DNA of 64,000 nt from Botryllus schlosseri (lineage: Eukaryota). The stretch is from the NCBI GenBank assembly GCA_051294905.1, contig CM119385.1, positions 19,778,001 to 19,842,000 of the forward strand, given 5' to 3'. The position numbers were made by a program, and so were the translations under genes. Each line of letters opens with the position of its first letter. The stretch's first letter is position 1. Shown piece by piece: positions 60,490 through 64,000 of the stretch. The notes beneath the pieces are model-generated. The model made no database searches and was not told the DNA's origin. It saw only the letters and a list, made by a program, of their open reading frames with translations.

Positions 60490-63029
60490 CTATGAAAACC
60501 AATGTATGCTTTTTACCGTGTAACTTGATGTTAAACATAATTGCATACAGAGTATAGATCAGTGGTTCTGATTGCTAAGACCGGTATATCTTTGTCGCCT
60601 TCCTAAATGCCACTGGTCATCAATAACGACGTACTTCTACTTTTAGTAAGTAAGAGTAAGGTTTATATGTACTACTTTTATTTACTCAAATATTTTTGTT
60701 TTAGACTATACTTCTACTTCAACAGGTTGGGCACTTAATTGTCAAGTGAAAAGTAGTTTTGGATGCATTTCAAAGACGCGTTGCTATGCGAAGATAGTGA
60801 ATTCGTTAACAAGCTAAATTGGCGTAATTTGAAGCAGATTTCCAGGATTTGATCCTTTTCACCTCTTACTGACTAGGATTAGTCAAGCATTGAGCAGCTT
60901 TCATATTAACATTCATCGTGTATAAATTGAACTTAGCACGAATCCAAACGGTTAATTAAAGGGCGTTCAAATATGTTCGCCACTATCGCCCCCCTCGCAG
61001 TATTTGTCCACTTTCTCTCAAAATCGCTCCACTATAGGCAATATCGCCCACTTTTGGACCCAGTGGTACGGCGGAAAGATGACTATTGCGGGTGGAAAAT
61101 ATATGTTTGCCCACATTATATCAATTTCGACATAAACGTATGCCTATTGATCCGCATCAAAGTAATGGATATACGATGCAGGGTTTGAATCGGGCTATTC
61201 GTGCCTAATAAGCGGAATGGTAATTCATTCTCCGACAAATATACCGAACATGATGAATATCAATATCGATTGGGGTGACAGGGCATTCAGTGACGTAGCC
61301 AGTGGTCAAGCGGCACGAAGGCCCCTCCAAATTTTTGATTTGTGCGCGATGACACCATTCATTTCCTAATACGTCACAATAGATACTCATGACGTCACGT
61401 TATCATTTAAAAATTAGCCTCCGCTCCAAAATTTTAAGCCTGACTACGTCTATGATCGCATTTACCAGATGATTGATGGCGTCAGACACTATCCAGTCGA
61501 CTATATTAATGTTTTTGGAATAAATTTGTATTCTGACAGAATCTGGAATATGGGTGACAACACATATGCAGCGTTAACTTCTTTTAGTTATTTTTGATGC
61601 AATGAAGTTAACGTTTCAATTTTAATTCAATGTCATGACAAGGCACTGCGTCGATTGATGTTCTACAATTCCACACTAAAACATGATTTTCCTTGGTACG
61701 GATTTCGGAACGAATGTCACCGAGGCGATAACGTAAATTGTTGCGGATTTTATTGAAAGCATGACAAATATCCATACTTCAGCCAGGACCCATACGTTGG
61801 AATAAAGTGGAAAAATTAAAAATACACCGTACAAATACATGTATATGGTCAATTGTCATGACTCATGACCTATTAAAACAGGCTATAATATGGTGTAATA
61901 AGCAGCTTATTTACCCGCATATTCATGTTTATTATTAGAAAAGATCATGCCTCTTGTAAATTCATTGCCCTGAACTTGGAACAAACAAACCTTTTCACAA
62001 CACACCTCTTAGTAATGATTTCAGACGTTGGTTTAGGTAGGTAGTTCATGGATGGATTATTATCACTTATCAGTAAACGTCACGTGCTTGTGGGATCGGT
62101 CGTGCTAATTTAAGGTTATCGGGAGAGAAAATGAAAGAGGTTCTGCATTAGAAGTGTCTATTGGTGATCACAATTTTCAGCGATTCCGTTCACTGAACCT
62201 GAAATGCGGATGTAATCCGGACCCTGCGCCGCCTCCGGGCTCACGTTCCAGAACCAAAGAAAATCCGGTTGGTAATTTCAGCACCGATATTGTTCGTAAA
62301 GTTTATTAATGCTGAGCGTTAAAAGTAAACGAACTATGAGTCATAAATTTAGCAACCGGCTTTAGGAAGTAACCACTTGGTTCCGATATGAATGCAAAAG
62401 GTCAATACCGCAGAAACGTCACAAAGCAATAATATATTTATAGATGCTGTATTTGAATACCACTTTAGCTGGACGACAGGTAATTTCAACAACACAAGCT
62501 AATAAGCTATTAGCTATGTATGTTTAATATTCCCCATGCAGCCATGCAACCCATTGACCGGCAACATTTTGAGTTGCAGGCCAGTACACAAACTCTGAAT
62601 ATCAGCAGGCTGACAACACATGAATCAATATCGTGAAATTTAAATGAAGTCCAACACAGGCCCATCGGTGTAGAAAGGATGAAAATTTGTGATGGCCATT
62701 GCAATTTACAAAATGTTGTGATGCGTGACGTAAAGAACAAAATGACGTGAGGGCGTCCAAGTCGAATACTTGAAGGAGACATGACCATTGGCCACCTCTG
62801 ATGACTAAATATGTACAGCTACTTGTGCTATAGGGGCTATTTCGTCAAGTATAGTTACGACAATTGCAGTCATAAAAGCGATGCAGACACATCCCGAAAC
62901 TACTTGCTATACTTTACGAATTAAAAGTACAAAAAGTCAGTAGTTTTTCCTAAAAAACTGTAGGGCGCAAAAATGAATATCTTCATGTTGGATTATTGTC
63001 GCTCCATCAAATGTATTATAGAATATTGT

Positions 63030-64000
63030 TATTTATAACTGAGTAATATACACACGGGAATTCACCCTGTGATTGTGAATACACTGGTTGGAAAAAAGGT
63101 TCAGTGTTGTAATACTTTGAGAGTCGGATTTAGAAAGCTTGGGTACGATGGTGCCAGACAAAAGGATAAGATTGCGTTCGTTGTGCGTAAGCGGGTTATT
63201 ATTATGTACTCGGCAAATATGTATTCTGTAGCGTGTAGCCTTTGTGAACAGTTTCAATAAACAGTCACGCGACCGATCATTGAGTATCGCTTTTGGGGAA
63301 TTTCACACACCGGTACCACGCTAGCGATCTGGATAATAATTATTATGAACGTTAGTGAATGAATTGGACTCAGGTATCTGGACCTGTAGGTATTTTCTTT
63401 CTTTGCTTCCTGTATAATGTGCAGCGTTTGAGATTGATCCAGTAGTCACTAGGCAGTCGTGGTCAAAGTAGCCAGCGTTTCCACTCAAGTAGAAGTGACG
63501 TCTCAAACTTCGACTCAATTACCAATAGAAGTATCCCTATTCAAGACATGCATTTGAGATTGACATGTTAAAACTATACCTCAATTGGAAATAGCAAATG
63601 AAGGTATGAAAAATGCCGAAGTAAGCAATTTCAGCAATTGCTGCCATTGGCAAACATTTGTTGGATAATTTTGTTTGTGCTAAACGACTCGGAGTCGACT
63701 GTTATCAAAATACGCAAACCCAGACTTTTAGCCAACAGAAGGAGTTTTTGTACCATCTAAAATGGTACATTGAGCGTAAGCGCTCTCTTCGCCCCTATTA
63801 TTCGAAATTTCATGTTGATGACGTCATATTTGCGACACGATTGTTGATATACAATGTTCTTTCCAATTCTCTAAGTTGCTGACGATTAACCCTGACGAGT
63901 GTCAGCCGAAAATCTCCGGGTTCATTTCAATATGAATATGCTTTTCAACAGCTTAAGAAAGTAGAATTACTTCCGGAATTGCAAGATGCGTCGTTGCGAC
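63030..64000 (-). repeat. Inverted third copy of the block upstream of the tri-UBL genes, ending in a kB-like site and TATA
   Basis: Reverse complement aligns with 46940-47730 and 52305-53040 (GCGATACTCAATGATCG.TCGCGTGACT, TTTTCATACCTTCATTT, CAATTCCGGAAGTA). GGGAATTCAC at 63056-63065; TATAAATA on the minus strand at 63030-63037. Confidence 0.8.
63845..63945 (+). repeat. Hammerhead-repeat copy with mutated stem III
   Basis: AACC-CTGACGA-G(TGTCAGC)C-GAAA-ATCTC-C-GGGT at 63888-63921; AATATT has changed to AATCTC. Confidence 0.75.

Noticed and set aside
62500-62800. NIDO-domain-like peptide fragments (NGHVSF...TWTP; HPFYTD) on the minus strand
   Set aside because: Only loose motif resemblance with several in-frame stops; needs a profile search.

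Overview
Eukaryotic animal DNA: AT-rich, with GT-AG introns, and probably a tunicate or other invertebrate chordate (inferred from compact multi-exon structure and repeat content, not proven). The left third holds a minus-strand delta-type protocadherin. I reconstructed 10 coding exons in phase from 22437 to 2120 (signal peptide, 7 cadherin repeats, TM, cytoplasmic tail); the gene runs off the window start. The right half holds a tandem cluster of three intact, intronless genes (40132-40806, 50385-51047, 56961-57641). Each encodes three fused, diverged ubiquitin-like domains with a single terminal R-(L/V)-R-G-G, plus there is a frameshifted fourth remnant at 47813. The genes sit in old segmental duplications and have NF-kB-like sites with TATA boxes upstream. 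They look like an ISG15/FAT10-style conjugatable tri-UBL modifier family rather than polyubiquitin. An inverted copy of the shared upstream block lies upstream of the terminal exon of an unidentified type-I membrane protein with a furin site (60489-59845). Also present: a dispersed short repeat carrying a minimal type-I hammerhead ribozyme (two intact copies, one sense-oriented in a protocadherin intron); a 574-codon MULE-like transposase ORF fused to a truncated Ulp1/SENP-type protease; a hAT transposase remnant; a truncated LINE; tRNA-derived SINEs; and many hAT-type MITEs with 8-bp target-site duplications. All alignments were done by eye; no searches were run.
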